From: Callorhinchus milii
Lineage: Eukaryota
Length of the DNA: 64,000 bases
Reading direction: 5' to 3'
Assembly (NCBI RefSeq): GCF_018977255.1
Contig: NW_024704749.1
Location: 21,514,001 to 21,578,000, forward strand
In this document: piece by piece, positions 32,179-45,750 of the stretch
Layout: every line of letters starts with the position of its first letter
Position numbering within the stretch: position 1 is the first letter of the stretch
Program-made: the position numbers and the translations under genes
The notes under the pieces: generated by a model
The model's input: only the letters and a program-made list of their open reading frames with translations
The model's database searches: none
Told to the model about the DNA's origin: nothing

Positions 32179-34611
32179 AGAGATGTTCACCAGGAGAGAA
32201 CATCAGCAAATCTCACACTAGTTTCCCATTTGTCACGAATGTGCACTCCACACTTCTCTCCACATTTCTAACATAGACAACCCGTAGCTTCCACCAAAAA
32301 ACAGTGCCACAGCAAAACATTTAACTGTATAGATTTCCTTATAGACGTTCCCTTCTCTCTGCCCTTCACTCCTTCTCCCCACCCTCTTTCCTCTCTCCCT
32401 CTCCTAATTCATCTCTCCCTCTCTTTCTCGCATCCCTTCCCTACATACACACACCCTTCCCCTTGTGGAAAGGAAAGAAGCTTTCTTGTTAAATGGCAGA
32501 GTGTAACACGAGTGAGACTCATGCCGAGTGCTCCCAGTAGTGCTGCCCCAATGGCAATCGCACAGACACAGAAAACAAACGCCATCAGTAAGCTGTCAGA
32601 GGCAGTGCACATACCAGTTTTTTTTCCTCCCTGCCGAGGCCGTTAGTCGCAATCTACTTTGCCAGCCCTTAGCACGGTCATTCCTGGAGCTATGTTATGA
32701 TGATTTATAAACCCCTCTATGTGCACAAAACCAATAGATCAACGGTGCAGCCGAGAAGACAGTAGCAGCTGCGGTATTTATTGAAATACCAAAAAAAAAG
32801 CAAGTGATAGACAATTGAACGATTTCTAGCTAAACTAGAGAGGTACTTGTAAATATATCCTGCTTCTGCACTGCGTATTGTGAACAATAATCGGTTTAAG
32901 AGCTCCTCATCCTTTATCTAATTACTTATAAACCGTGATAATCCTTCCACATTAAGAGACATAATGTACCTCTCAGGTGCAATGCACACAACTGGTTTTG
33001 CATAAATTTTACTGGTCCAGAGCACCTACTCCCATTCAGAGAATCTCTCATCTCAAGAGCCACTGCTCCCCTCAAGAGCACACCCAATTCAGCAATTCAG
33101 AGGCCTGAGCAACAAAAAGGTAAAATGATTCAAATGGTTCTTTAACAGGCTCTGAGGTCAAAGAGAAACTTCTATTGTTTCATGTGATTGGAAATTTGAT
33201 GGTTACTCTCAAACTAAGCTAAAAATAAATCAGTTTTAATAATAATAAACCTATAATAATCCTTGCATTTGATACAGCGCCTTATCAGGTCTTCGAGACC
33301 TCTCAAAATGTTTCACAAAATATACTGTAAAGTGGATTGACTGTATATTTTGTGGGCAAAACGCAGCAGCCAATTGTGCACAGCAGCGTCCCACAAACAT
33401 TCGTAGATTGAGTGAAATAATTTTTTTTTTTAGTTTTTTATTTCATAAGACATTTTTCAAAGATAATTTAATTCTTAGCTGTTAGTCTATGTGCTTATGT
33501 ATCATTATTCCTGGCTGCTTATTACTCTTTCTTGATTATTAAATATCTGTGTGTTATTGATTATAGCCTGTGGCAAGACAGTAATATTTTTATCCAAGTG
33601 GTAAGTAACTGGGTAACATAGTCTGTGCAGTAAAATATTAAATACTAAGAATCTGGCTGTTACATTCCTGGTAACGGCCTCTCTGCATGAAGTTTGACCC
33701 AAAAAGGTCGAGTTCAAGCTCATAAAGAGACACAGTCAGCTTCTGTGAATTGTGGATATGCATTAATTTTAAGAATCATTCCTGGAAGCCTTTACAAACC
33801 CTTAATGAGTATTCAAGATCAAATAGGTCAAAGCACTGTCTTCATCCCAATCTCGTGAACTTCAGTGCACAGATTTCTCATCTCTCCTCAAACAGTGCAA
33901 CTTGTCTCACGTGCATAACTTCTCTGCTGTGCAAGTGAAATATCCACCAAGCTACGGCAAGAGTGCGCAACAACAAAACAACAAATTACACTGTATAGCA
34001 CCCTTCACGTTAGAAAAATGTTCCAGGGTGCCACATTCCCGGCTGTTTAACAGAACATGCATGGTTGTGTGTACAGATTCACTCTTTTGAAAAGTGTCTC
34101 TCAGATGTTATTTGACTGTAAAAATCAATACCATGATGCGAGACTTTCTATATTCCAATGTCCAAAACAGAAAGCAGCTACCAAAAAGCAACTCTTTCGT
34201 ATTTTTTTGGGGCCAGCCGGGTGGGCGTCTGATACATGCGGAAACCCATCACCATGCTTAAATGAGTATCCAAACCAAGATGAAGCAGAATTTCCATTTA
34301 GAATTTGTGGCAACTGGGTGCTAAGCACAGGATAGTGTAGGAGAGGGCTGTGTGTAAGCAGAAAACCCCAGGAATGGGCAGAAGGGTAAACAGCAATTGC
34401 ACATCCCAGAACCCTTGCCTTATTTTCCGCTTCATTAAGTAACAGAGGGGAGGCTGACTATCACGTTAATTATTAGTGATGTAAAGCATTCATTTAAACT
34501 CCGTCTTCCCTCTCGCCGATGGGTGGAAAGATGGCCCTGCCAGCTTACAAACTAATCACCAAATCATTACACACAAAAAAAACAACAGCAGCAGCCCAGA
34601 GCTTTGAAGTT
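32179..34611. repeat. Duplicated block Y (2.4 kb), inverted copy at 45816-48251
   Basis: Paired ORFs 32409..32612/47818..48021 and 33505..33723/46726..46923; ends gctttgaagtt/aacttcaaagc and agagatgttca/tgaacatctct. Confidence 0.97.
33255..33418 (-). mobile_element. SINE 3' half (counterpart 47012-47175)
   Basis: ataataatccttgcatttg...gtcccacaaac. Confidence 0.85.
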
Positions 34612-34636
34612 NNNNNNNNNNNNNNNNNNNNNNNNN
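34612..34636. other. Assembly gap (25 N)
   Basis: Run of N. Confidence 1.
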
Positions 34637-37600
34637 TAAAAAGAAAAAGCGACGCCGTCAATCAATCGTCGAAAATGAGAGCACAGAAGTACAGCATTGT
34701 TCCAGGTCGGTGGTAAAAGGGGACGGTTTACAGATCGGTGTAATCGAGACTGAGATTTCCAGATCAGTAAGCAATGGTGAGAAGCAACACAAGAAGAAAA
34801 AGCATCGTGTGAGAGACAGTAGCAGCTGCACTGAAAACAATGATGCTGCCGTGAATATTCCCATCGAGGTAAAGCAAGAGATGTCATTTTCCGAGGTACT
34901 CAAGATGCAAAAAGAAGAAGAAGAAAAAGAAGAGAGAAGAGAAAGAAAAAGAGAAGCATTTCAGACAAGGGGATGACTCTTTGTTACTGACCAATGCAGA
35001 GAGGAGTGATAACCCCGAGTCCTCTGAAGTAGGTGGAGAAATTCCAATAATTAAACGCAAGAAAAAACGGAAAAAACAAATGGACGGAGCTGCAACTCCT
35101 CAAGCCAAGGATGACGGTTCTGAAGTGCTGCAAATATCTCCCAAGAAACGTCGAAGACATGATCAATTGGAGTTGAAAACTACTGTGGAAGAAAATTGGC
35201 AGGATGAGAGTGCAAACTGTGCAGAAACTCCCAGGAAAACTTCAAAAAAACACCGAAAAAAGCACAAACTAACTGAAGAAAAGAATGAGATCGAGGACAC
35301 TCCACAATTAAGTAGCACAGCTTGCCAAAAACTCTAGAGAGTCCTACAAAGAAGCACAAGAAAAAGAGAAAGGCAATCAAACTCCGGGAGTCTGGTGAAG
35401 ACAAGGACTCGCAAGAGACTGATACTGTGCAATGTTCCCCATCAAGAGCAAGCCGGTCACTACACCTGAGGATAACATCCACACCAAAGAGGGTTTGCCA
35501 GATTCAAATCATCATCAGAAGAAGAAGAAGAAGAAAAAGAAAAAGAAGAAGCACAAAGAATCTGTTGGAGAGAAAAGTATTACTTATGAGCAAACACTTG
35601 CAGAAATTGATCCAGACTTGACAGAGCTTAAAATGGAGCAGAGCATAAAGGCTATGGTTGAACAGCTAAGGGAGTTTATGCCCAGTGTGAGAACGATGTC
35701 AAATGATACAATACGCTCCATGTTTAGGTATGACCTACCACGATTTAAAACATTGAAGGAGGAAGGTAAGACTAATAATCATCCTTGCATTTGATATAGC
35801 GCCTTATCACGTCTTCAAGACGTCTCAAAGCGCTTCTCAAAATATACTGTAAAGTGAATTGACTGTATATCTTGTGGTCGAGGATTATTGCAAGTTCCTG
35901 TGTTGTGCACTTTTAATTGAAATTGAAGCTTTTTGAAAATCTGTAATATTTCATTGGCACACTTGTTGCCATCATCGTTTGTGGAACAGATCAGCATCTT
36001 ATACAGATTGCATTGTGTTATAAAGCAAATACTGGAAAATCTGCTTTTTTTAGTGTCGATTTTGCTGAATCTGACGCTTGAGCTACTAAACTGCTTAATA
36101 GACCAAAGATCTTGATTTTCCAGTATTTGCTTTATAACATGAATCAGACTCAGAATTAAGTCTGAGACTGAAACCAGAGTTTCTGAGCTCATTGATAAGG
36201 AAAGAGTGAATCTTGCAGTTCAAAAAAACTTTCTCGCTGCCTCCTTCAAGCTACCCTGACCTTTACAATAGCTTGCTACTTGGGGCAGAATTTAAACCAT
36301 TTTTATTAAAAAAAGGATGTCATTGACGTCAATATGCTGTTTCTTTCTAATACCTTTCCATGCTTCCCATTTCCTGTCTTTTACATACACACATTCTAAT
36401 CCTTGCTGTACTATTTTATTATACCATTCTCTGTAATATGAACTGAATGAATGTGCACTAACCTCTTATAGACGGGTGTAGCAAGCAAGCAGGGTTATTA
36501 CATGTATAGATGCCATTGGTGTGCACAGAGCGGCTGTTGTGAAGGTCCTAAACCAGCTGTTTATTCCACATCGCATAGAAAATTGTCGTCATAAACCTGC
36601 AGTCAGACAACAGAAAATTTTCGGCTGCGTAATATGATGACAGACATTAAAAATAATGAACACTATGGGATTTCCAAATGCCTGGTGGCGTTTGGAACCT
36701 GGCCTTGCCATTGCTTTTCTCTCTAGGATCCTGCTTTACTTTCCCTGTCTATCGATCTCAGAATAAGCATGGCATTCCCTTGGCTTGTATCATTGCATTA
36801 ATAAATTCTCAATACCAACAACAGCTCACCTGTATTTTGCTTCTAGTGTCCAGAACTATTTTAAAACAGTAATTCTAACTTTCGCTGGAAATGTGAGGTG
36901 ATTTCAAACCTGGCTTTTAGTTAGAGTTGCTTCTGCTCCTGTGCTGTCAGTGGAACCAGGAGGAGTTAAATAGTATTACATTCCTAGTCGTTTGTTAGGA
37001 GTAAAACGCACCCAAACAAAATTAGTAGCATTGTCCCTATATTTATCCTTTCAATGTGAAATAAATATCTTCAGCTGTTGGGATTTGGAAACCGCTGGGT
37101 TTGAATGCTAAGAACGCGACAAAAAACGTAATGGTGTCGTAAAGTTTATTAGCAAAGACACTTATGATAAAGGCAAATTAGATATGAAAATACAAGTATT
37201 ATTATGTATATTATTAATAACAAACCTACCACCAATTTATGCAGGTTCAACATGTGGGCTTTATCTCTAATCTGGAGATACCTAATCGCGCCCAACTCCC
37301 TGTTCAGTAGTTTAGCTTTTAATTGGTTATTTATATGCATACAGATATTTTAAATGTCTCAATAATTATAAGTAATACATATATAGATATTATAGGACCA
37401 ATATAACCAATGATAAGAATATACTACCAGAAACACGGTCAGTTGGTTGCAGGAGTTCTCCGTGGGTCCTCTGGTTATATTCACAAAACGGAGGCTACCC
37501 AAAGATGACTACCTTCTTAGTCTCCCTCTGGACTGACTTCTCTATCCTTTTTTCCTGTTTTTTTATAAGTCTTTTCCCCATTGTTCTTACCTTCCTGGTG

Positions 37601-40600
37601 AGTACCCCTACCTATCTTTATTTGGACTTTGACCTGTCGGATATCATAATTTTACATCTAGACACTCATGTGTCCATCCCAATAATGCTTCTGGTTCCTT
37701 ACCCCGTTATTTTTATCCCAACTATTGTGCAGGTTCCTATTGCCCAAATTATTGATTACCGCCTTTTTGTCAGGACGCTCACCAGACTTTGAGGTCATGA
37801 TGTCTCTTTCCGTCCTTTCTTTCCCACTCTAGCTATCTACAACCGCCTGACTGACTAATCCTTATGTTTACTTACTCTAGACTTTTTTAATTACTCCTAA
37901 ATATCACATATGAGTTGTCAAAGTATTTTATTCTGTACTATAGAATAAAGGTCTATTAAATTTATGTTGTATCTCTAAAATATCTCTAAAATACCTCAAA
38001 CACAGTCCAATATAGATTGAACATCCCCTCGACTATGCAAATGTAATTTGTTGTTGTTGTTATAGGTGACTTGGTTTTTGGACCCTTGAGTCTTCTCTTA
38101 TTCCCTTCCCCCTATATAATTTGTTTCTCACTCCACTCTACATATCTTTGTAGGGATTCCTATCCGACAGGGAAGGTACACTAAAGAAGAGAATGAGCAG
38201 ATACAGACAAACCTAAAGGAATTAATGTTGGTGACTGGAATTGAAAATGAGTGGGAATTTTTCCAACCTCCTGAATCGTTTGAGGATTTATTGAGAATAA
38301 AACGGCTGAAAATCAAACACTTATTCTGTGTCAAGCTTGGTACGTGATTTATATGTACTTATTAACATATTTTCCCTAATATTATTATTAGTTTGTTTTG
38401 ATAATCTTTGAATTGTCTATTTCTTCATGTTAAAAAAAGCCATTGTTTTGCACATCAACTTCTCCTTTGAACCACAAGAACGTAACATCACTTAGTTTAC
38501 CTACTTTGTGTCTTAGATTAAATCGGATCTCCCTGAAGACAAAGTTAAATGAATATTGTTTATGGAATCATTTATTATTAGCTTTTTTCCCCCAGCTGAG
38601 GGCATTGCAAGACCATGGAAAAGTGTTTACCAGCGAGCTAGGAAGTTGTACGATCCCCACCGATGTAAAGGCAGGTGAGTTTGACCTGGAATATTAGATT
38701 ACTAATCATTTGAGTAGTTGAGTAAGGGCTATCCTTTGCAACTTCAAAAGACATAGAAGCAAAACCTGCATATGTTCCATGTGTCTGCTATGAGTAACCA
38801 ATGTGTTTTATTATCAGGTACACAGAGGAAGAACTGAAGAAATTTAAACGCTTGATGGCTGTGCATGGAAATCACTGGCAAAAGATTGCCGGTGGTCTGG
38901 AGCGCAGTGATCTATCAGTGATGTGTCGAGCCAGAATAATGAAGGACTGTAGGTCTAAGTATTCAAATGAATTGTTTTTATTTTAGATTGCAATAAATGT
39001 GGATAGATTTCTGTAAGTTATTTAATGTTTTGAGAACTAGTCAAGTTTTTATGCAAAGTGAATGGCTATCAAATTGTGTAGTTTATACACAGATCGACAC
39101 GAAGAAATGACAAGAATTGAATGATACAACAATGCAGAGAAATGAAAACATTGCTATGTCTGGATTTCCTGTTGATCAATAACTTCAGTCAAAGCAAAAC
39201 TTCATTGACTTTTTTTCTAATAGCCTTGAAGAATGGCCCGTGGAGCAAGCAGGAGGAGAGGAAATTCATGAAAATAATGAAGAAGGTCATTAATAAGCGA
39301 GTAGAAAAAGATAACTGTCTAGCGGTCAAGGCACCAACTAAGGACAAGCTTGGTTCAATCCTTCGGGAAAAGCTGTACAAGGGACTCCCTTGGTTAGAAA
39401 TTTCAAACCTAATGGAGGAAAGACACTGGATACAATGCAAAAAAAATGGTGAGCTTATCATGTGATCACAGGTGTAGTCTTCAACTGATTGTAAGCATTA
39501 CATACAATAACAACATGCCAGTTGAATTTGAGAATTCCTGATCACTAAGTCCTTTATTAGGAGGGTAGACTGCTGAAGGAGGAGCATTGCTGAGCATACA
39601 GTGACATTGGACCTGTTCAACCTCTGAACATAACCATGCCTTTTGTCCACAAAATATACAGTCAGTTCACTTTACAGTATATTCTGTGAAGTGCTTTGAG
39701 ATGTCTCAATGACGTAATAAGGCGCTATATCAAATGCAAGGAATATTATTATGTCCCATCGGAATATTTTTGGTAGGCTGCAGCTAATGCTGGGATGCAG
39801 AGCCACCCCCGGTTACAATGTCCACAGTTGTCGCACTGAGAGCTTTGGGCTGTTCATCCTGGACTATTAGTTGGAGTAGAAACCTCTCCACAGCCTCAGC
39901 CTGGGAACCGATTGAGAATATTTAACAATGACTGACAGTAGAGTCAAATTTCCTTCTATCTTCTCACTCCAGACTGCAATATCCCTGTCATTGTCCATCT
40001 GCATCATTAAATGATCCAGCTAAAATCAAGCTTTTGCCCTCCACCCCTCCTGACCCCAGCTTCCAGATCGGGTCCAAAACTCCCTGACTGTCAGCGCCCT
40101 GGGACGTCTTTCCAACGCGAAGGGAGCTATACAAGTGTAATTTGTTGTTGTTGTGATAACTTTCCACCATTTATTTTTTTTGCCCACACTTGTGAAATGT
40201 TTCAAACAAATAGTTCAATTTCTATGAAGGGAAATGCAAGGATTTTAACTTGTCTTTATACTATTCGGCAGGATGCAGATTTTGAGTATCAAAATGTCCA
40301 AAGGGTCGGTGTCTGGTCGAGGGCGAAAAACCTACCCGTGCAAGATCAACCTTATTAAAAGGTAAAGTTAAATTGAAATCTTTCTGAGAGGGAAAATGCA
40401 AACAGTTTTATAGTGAAGCATCCATCAATAGAACAGATTGTTGTCTAAGGGTGTATTTTTTATTGCTGAATTAATATTGTACTCAACACAAACCTAGAAC
40501 AAGAACTGCACCTGCCCTTTGTTGTGCTTTGAAAACAGCCTTGTAACCAGTAACAGTTGATAGCAATTGTGTTTTTCCCTCTAGACGTGAAAGGCGCTAA

Positions 40601-42282
40601 ACAAATGTAATTTATTGTTGTTGTTGAACTTGGAGTTGTATTTTATAATTAGCCCAGAGTCTCAGACCTAAATATTTTGGAAAGGTTCAAGCCATGGGTT
40701 TGGAGGCGCAGGCCAGCACAACCGACATACATAATAGCTGTGGCCTTTCGCCATTCTAATGTGGTTGAATTGTTTCTAATTATGCCTCAATAAAAATGTT
40801 GCTAATATGTTTTATAGCACGACAGAAAGTAATTGCTGATTATCGGAAGATTCTTCCTAAGCTCTTCAGCAAGTTTCTTTATATCACTTCCTTCTCTCTC
40901 TAAATTAGAACTCTCTGTTGTATTTTGCAGGCTATATATGCTGAATGTGGACGATGATAGTGAAGTGGACTGGGAGCAGATGTGTGATGCTGTTGGGTAA
41001 GAAAAAATCATCCTCTTCACGGGACAAAAATAATAATAATAATCCTTGCATTTGATATAGCGCTTTATCATGTCTTGAGACGTCTCAAAGCACTTCACCA
41101 GAAATATTGTAAAGTGGATTGAATGTGTATTTTGTGAGCGAAACGCAGCAGCAAATTGCCCAGAGCAGTGTCCCAAAAAGTTGTAGATTGAGTGACCAAT
41201 TATTTTTTTGAGAGATTATTACCCCTGGAAAGCGATCCGCCAATCGATTGACAACTGGATGTAACTGCAGCTGTAAGACAAGAGCCAGCAGTGGCATATA
41301 CAATTAGCATGACACCTGCACGCTAGTAAACGCTTAACAAGATCTCTCACTCCTGATCAAATGCAGCGCACCTGTCCCCAGCCCATAGGAAGTGGATTTA
41401 TTTTAATATAAATGTGTCTTCATGACTTACAACATGTTTTATTCAATATTATTTCCTAGCAACGTGCCTCCTCAATTCGTTCAAACGATGTTCTACAAGT
41501 TGAAAGCTCGCCACGTACCCTCTTGGCACAGGAAAACCTTTGGAGGTTAGTATTGTAGCTCGCAGAGTATGAACCATGATGGACGAGTTATACTGCAAGG
41601 GACAGGCGTTAGAGTAGTTCCTGAAAGAAAATCAGCACAGTAACTGCATTTCACTTCCATGGCAGGTAACAGTTATATCAAGACAGCAGCTAGCCTTACC
41701 ATTGCGTGCTGTAGACACACAAGCGGGTAAAGGCTGCAGTCAGTAATGGCACAGAACTAGAATTTAACACATGGCATGAATTAAAAACCATGGAAGATGG
41801 AGATTTTACACGTGTAAAGTGTAGAGTGGTGAAAATAGATGCACTGGCAATGTGACCATCTATAATCTTTATTCACGTCCTTGCTTTTGTACTGCCTAAA
41901 TGTTAATTAATTGGATTTAGTGTTTTGCTGAATGATAAAAAGATTAAAAATGTGTTGGTTGAAAGCCTATCTCAATTTATTGTGAACTTTATTCTCTTTC
42001 ACAGAAATTGTGGACTTCCTTAATGATAAAATACGTCCAAAGTATGAAGAGAAGTTGAAAAAAAAAGCTACAGATTCTAGTGATTGCAGCACAGAGGCTG
42101 CTGTTCATAAGCCACTGAAACGTGTATTTCAGTTAAGTGACATTTTTAACAGTGATAATGATGACAGTGATTTGGAAGATGAGGAAGATGAGGAAGATGA
42201 GGACCACAAAGCACACCCAGCAGCAAGTAAGAAACGGTGTAAAAAATCATCACGGCCTCCGGCAGCTAGAAAACGGAACTGA
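34637..42282 (+). CDS. TTF1: TTF1 copy B (inverted duplicate; 5' end lost in the N gap). Exons: <34637-35765, 38154-38339, 38596-38674, 38818-38948, 39224-39448, 40272-40361, 40931-40996, 41460-41545, 42005-42282; frameshifts near 34910-34960, 35328, 35438, 39439
   Basis: Reverse complement of copy A at roughly 99% identity including introns (visual estimate); identical splice sites. May be a paralogue, a pseudogene or a misplaced haplotype. Confidence 0.85.
37076..38023 (-). mobile_element. Probable solo LTR in TTF1 intron (3'-deleted counterpart at 27077-27770)
   Basis: On minus: TGTTCAATC...aataaac, about 70 nt, ...aaatcccAACA; 3' terminus shares aaatcccaaca with the 20219-21077 LTR; no clean TSD. 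Confidence 0.5.
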
Positions 42283-42968
42283 AAACGTCTTCTGTGCAAG
42301 AGCTCTGTAATGTCCTTTAAAATTGGGGTTTGTCACTGCCTGTACTTGCAATAGCAATGCCCTGTTGTAGCAGATATACTGGTCCTTCCAAGTAACTACT
42401 GTTGCTCGAGTCACCTGCAATGTCTTGTTGAGGTTTTGACAATCTTTGGCATGGTGGTTGCTTTGTTGGATTGCCTTTTAAGAACTTGCGATGTAACTGG
42501 CACTTGAACTGAAAAGTCATAACTGTTCGGTGTACACACGCAAGGTGGATCTTTTCATAGTAAAGTACAAAACCCTCCAGGAATGAATCCAGGAGCCAAG
42601 TCAGACTGGCAAATCAAAGCTGTTGTCATTTTTTGAGACAAAGTAGGATCTCCCACCATCAATTGGCAGAAGTTAAAATACAGTTTTCTCCACTATGCAC
42701 ATTGATTATGTAATCCCTAAATGAGGGGACCCTATCTGGCAGAGTGTTATAGTCTTTCCTTTATGTACGAGAATATTGCAGATTTTTGTTTAGGAAAAAT
42801 AACTTTAATACTGGTTCCTGTATATAGAGAAATGATTTTTGAGAAAGAAGATGCAGAAAAAAATATTTTTAAATGAAATGCCACTGTTACTTATTGGTAC
42901 TTTATTAAAAAAAGTTTGAATGCAGACATGGGTCAGCTGAATTTCTGTTTTAAAATTGTGCTTTTTGC

Positions 42969-42974
42969 AATAAA
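42969..42974 (+). terminator. TTF1: Probable TTF1 copy B polyadenylation signal AATAAA (copy A equivalent 22120-22125 on minus)
   Basis: AATAAA about 690 nt after the stop, with ATTAAA near 42904. Confidence 0.5.
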
Positions 42975-45196
42975 AGATCTCGCTTCAATGACAGCTCAAA
43001 GGGACGTAAACAATCCGCCACTTCATGCCATTAGAGCAGAGAGCCCAGCAGCGTAGAGGCTGAGGAGGTGAACAGAGTGGGAGTTCTGTGCAGGAATTTG
43101 GTGAGAGTGGGAATTCTTGAGCAAGAGAGAAATTAGAAACTATAGAATAAGACAGAACCCTTTCAGCAAAAGAGAAAGAACTAAAAAAAAGGAAAACACA
43201 AGAGAAATGCAGATCTGAAGTGCAAACTCTCTGGGGCTCGCCATGTTCCTCTGCTTTTCCCCTTTGTTCTGTTCAAAAATATTAACCTCACTCGTTGATT
43301 AAGACTCCCATTCGATTATCGTATTCATTTAAATACTGTAATCTCATTTTCAGCGTCAGGGAGCGGGAAGGGAATAAATTATCTGACAAAAGAGGATGTT
43401 CTTGTTGAAGCCTATTTCCTTCTTCCAGTTCATTGGGAAAGTTGATGAAGTTGCAGTGAAGCAGAATTAGAGGATAAAGGCTGGGTGTATTGACCATATC
43501 CCCTCTGTATGAAAATTCAATGGCCAAATATCGGCAGAAAATGAGGGGGAGCCTAAATGCTATAATCTTCAATCAAATCTAACATCGACTCCGACAAACT
43601 TTGGTAATGAGAGCTCCAATGAAGCATGCTGGCTCAAGAATTAATCCTCTTTACTCAGGCAGGCTCAGCTTTGAAGCATATTATAGCCTAGTCCTGTCAA
43701 TCTAAATGCTAACGACGAGGGGGATTGCACTTTTCATTGCTGGCTAATCTGATAACCATTTTATCAGTACCATCGGATGGAAGTGGGAGTGGGTGGGGGG
43801 GGTTGGGGTGGAATGTGGTGGTTGATGTTAATCATGTTTTGTGCCAATCTGCTTGGAAACTGCAGGTGCTGAACACAACTTAAGTTATCTCATTTTGTTT
43901 TCAGCATACGCACTGTAAAGTCGAAGAACTTTTTGTCCCACGCCCAATCAAAAAAACAATCCCAATCTTGTTCCGATATAAACGTGCTACTTACAGTTCC
44001 TTTAAGTGACTGCATCCCTTCTAGAACACTCCTACGTAACCTCTAGTTTATATAACTAAGCAATTGGTAATGTGAATTTTAGTTACCAACAATTTATCTT
44101 TGCTGTTGGAGTAGGAATAATTTCATTTGTTAAAGGATATATGTTTTAAAACTCACTGGAAAAGAATGAGGGAGAGAGCAAGAGTAATATATTTTATAAA
44201 ATATACAGTGAATCCACTTCGCAGTATATTTAGACGTATATTGAGACGTTTCAACGAAGTGATAAATGCAAGGATTATTTTTATTATTATTAAAATCATG
44301 AAAGACTTCACAAATAACCTGTCTGAAAGAAGGTGATCCTTTTTTTAACCATTGCTGCACTAACTCATGGATTTAATATGGAGGCAAAACACATTCATGT
44401 TGGGAAACCACTCCCATTGCATAGCTGATGCAGTGCTCCCATTCCTACTACTTCAGTGGAAGGGAAAAGATTGGTGTGACCCAACCTCTGGGAATTGAGT
44501 CTAATTTTCGGAGGTGCATATGTGGATTATTTTCTCTCAACAAAAAAGGCAACTGTGTGTTACACTGACAGCACTTACTTGCGTTCTGAACTGCTCATAC
44601 CTATGCCATTCTCCTCATCAGAAACGTACAAACATTATAATTAATTCACTATATTGAGGAACCAAAATGTACGCATTTCATGGTGAAAATGAAGAGCAAG
44701 AATACGGTGCTTTCAGCCAGCATCAATCTGAGCAATAGGGACTTGTTCAGGTGAATTCATGGTTGTAAATTAGTAAATAAACAAAATTAAATTGACTGCA
44801 ATTCGTGGTTTTATTGAAAAAAATCTGTGTTCATGCTTGCTTTCTGTCGCACTAATGACAACAATTATTAATTCATTCAGACCTTCCGTAAATATTATCC
44901 CAAGATTGAGCCCCTGTTGTTGCTTTGTCCTTTGAGACTTATAGAATTGGAGAAAATAGAGCAGAGAATGGTCCAACACTCCTGAACTGATGATCTCCAC
45001 AGCAGACATGCACCCCAGTCCCACTACCCTCTGCTCTCCCCACACCCTTTCACATTGTTTCTCTTCAAATGTTAACCAATTGCTTTTTTAAATGATGTCT
45101 CCGTCAGCGCTGCAAATAGCAAAGCACATAACGCAGAGCGGTATCCAATGGCAGCTCTGTACACAACTGTAGTCAAGGTACAGTACAAAACACATC

Positions 45197-45750
45197 CACT
45201 GCAGTGTGGCTGGTGAAGAGCACCCCCTGCAGGCCACACTGCAGTGTGGCTGGTGAAGAGCACCCCCTGCAGGCCACACTGCAGTATGGCTGGTGAAGAG
45301 CACCCCCTGCAGGCCACACTGCAGTATGGCTGGTGAAGAGCACCCCTGCAGGCCACACTGCAGTGTGGCTGGTGAAGAGCACCCCTGCAGGCCACACTGC
45401 AGTATGGCTGGTGAAGAGCACCCCCTGCAGGCCACACTGCAGTATGGCTGGTGAAGAGTACCCCTTGCAGGCCACCCCCCCAGTATGGCTGGTGAAGAGC
45501 TCCTCCTACAGACCACCCTGCAGTATGGCTGGTGAAGAGCACCCCCTGCAGGCCATCCTGTAGTATGGCTGGTGAAGAGCACCCCCTGCAGGCCATCCTG
45601 CAGTATGGCTGGTGAAGAGCTCCTCCTACAGACCACACTGCAGTATGGCTGGTGAAGTGCTCCCCTTGCAGGACCCACTGCAGGATGGTTGGTGAAGATC
45701 TCCCCCTGCAGGCCATACTGTAGTATGGCTGGTGAAGAGATGCCCCTGAA
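45197..45750. repeat. Minisatellite, about 14 copies of a 39-40 bp unit
   Basis: Unit cactgcagtatggctggtgaagagcaccccctgcaggcca; more degenerate toward the right. Confidence 0.97.

Larger units (their letters stand above)
34637..43174. repeat. Duplicated block X' (inverted copy of 21927-30227)
   Basis: Direct reverse-complement comparison. Confidence 0.97.

Noticed and set aside
33700-33716. TTF1 binding site (Sal box, AGGTCGACCAG) for autoregulation
   Set aside because: Only AGGTCGA matches, and copy Y' differs at this site.
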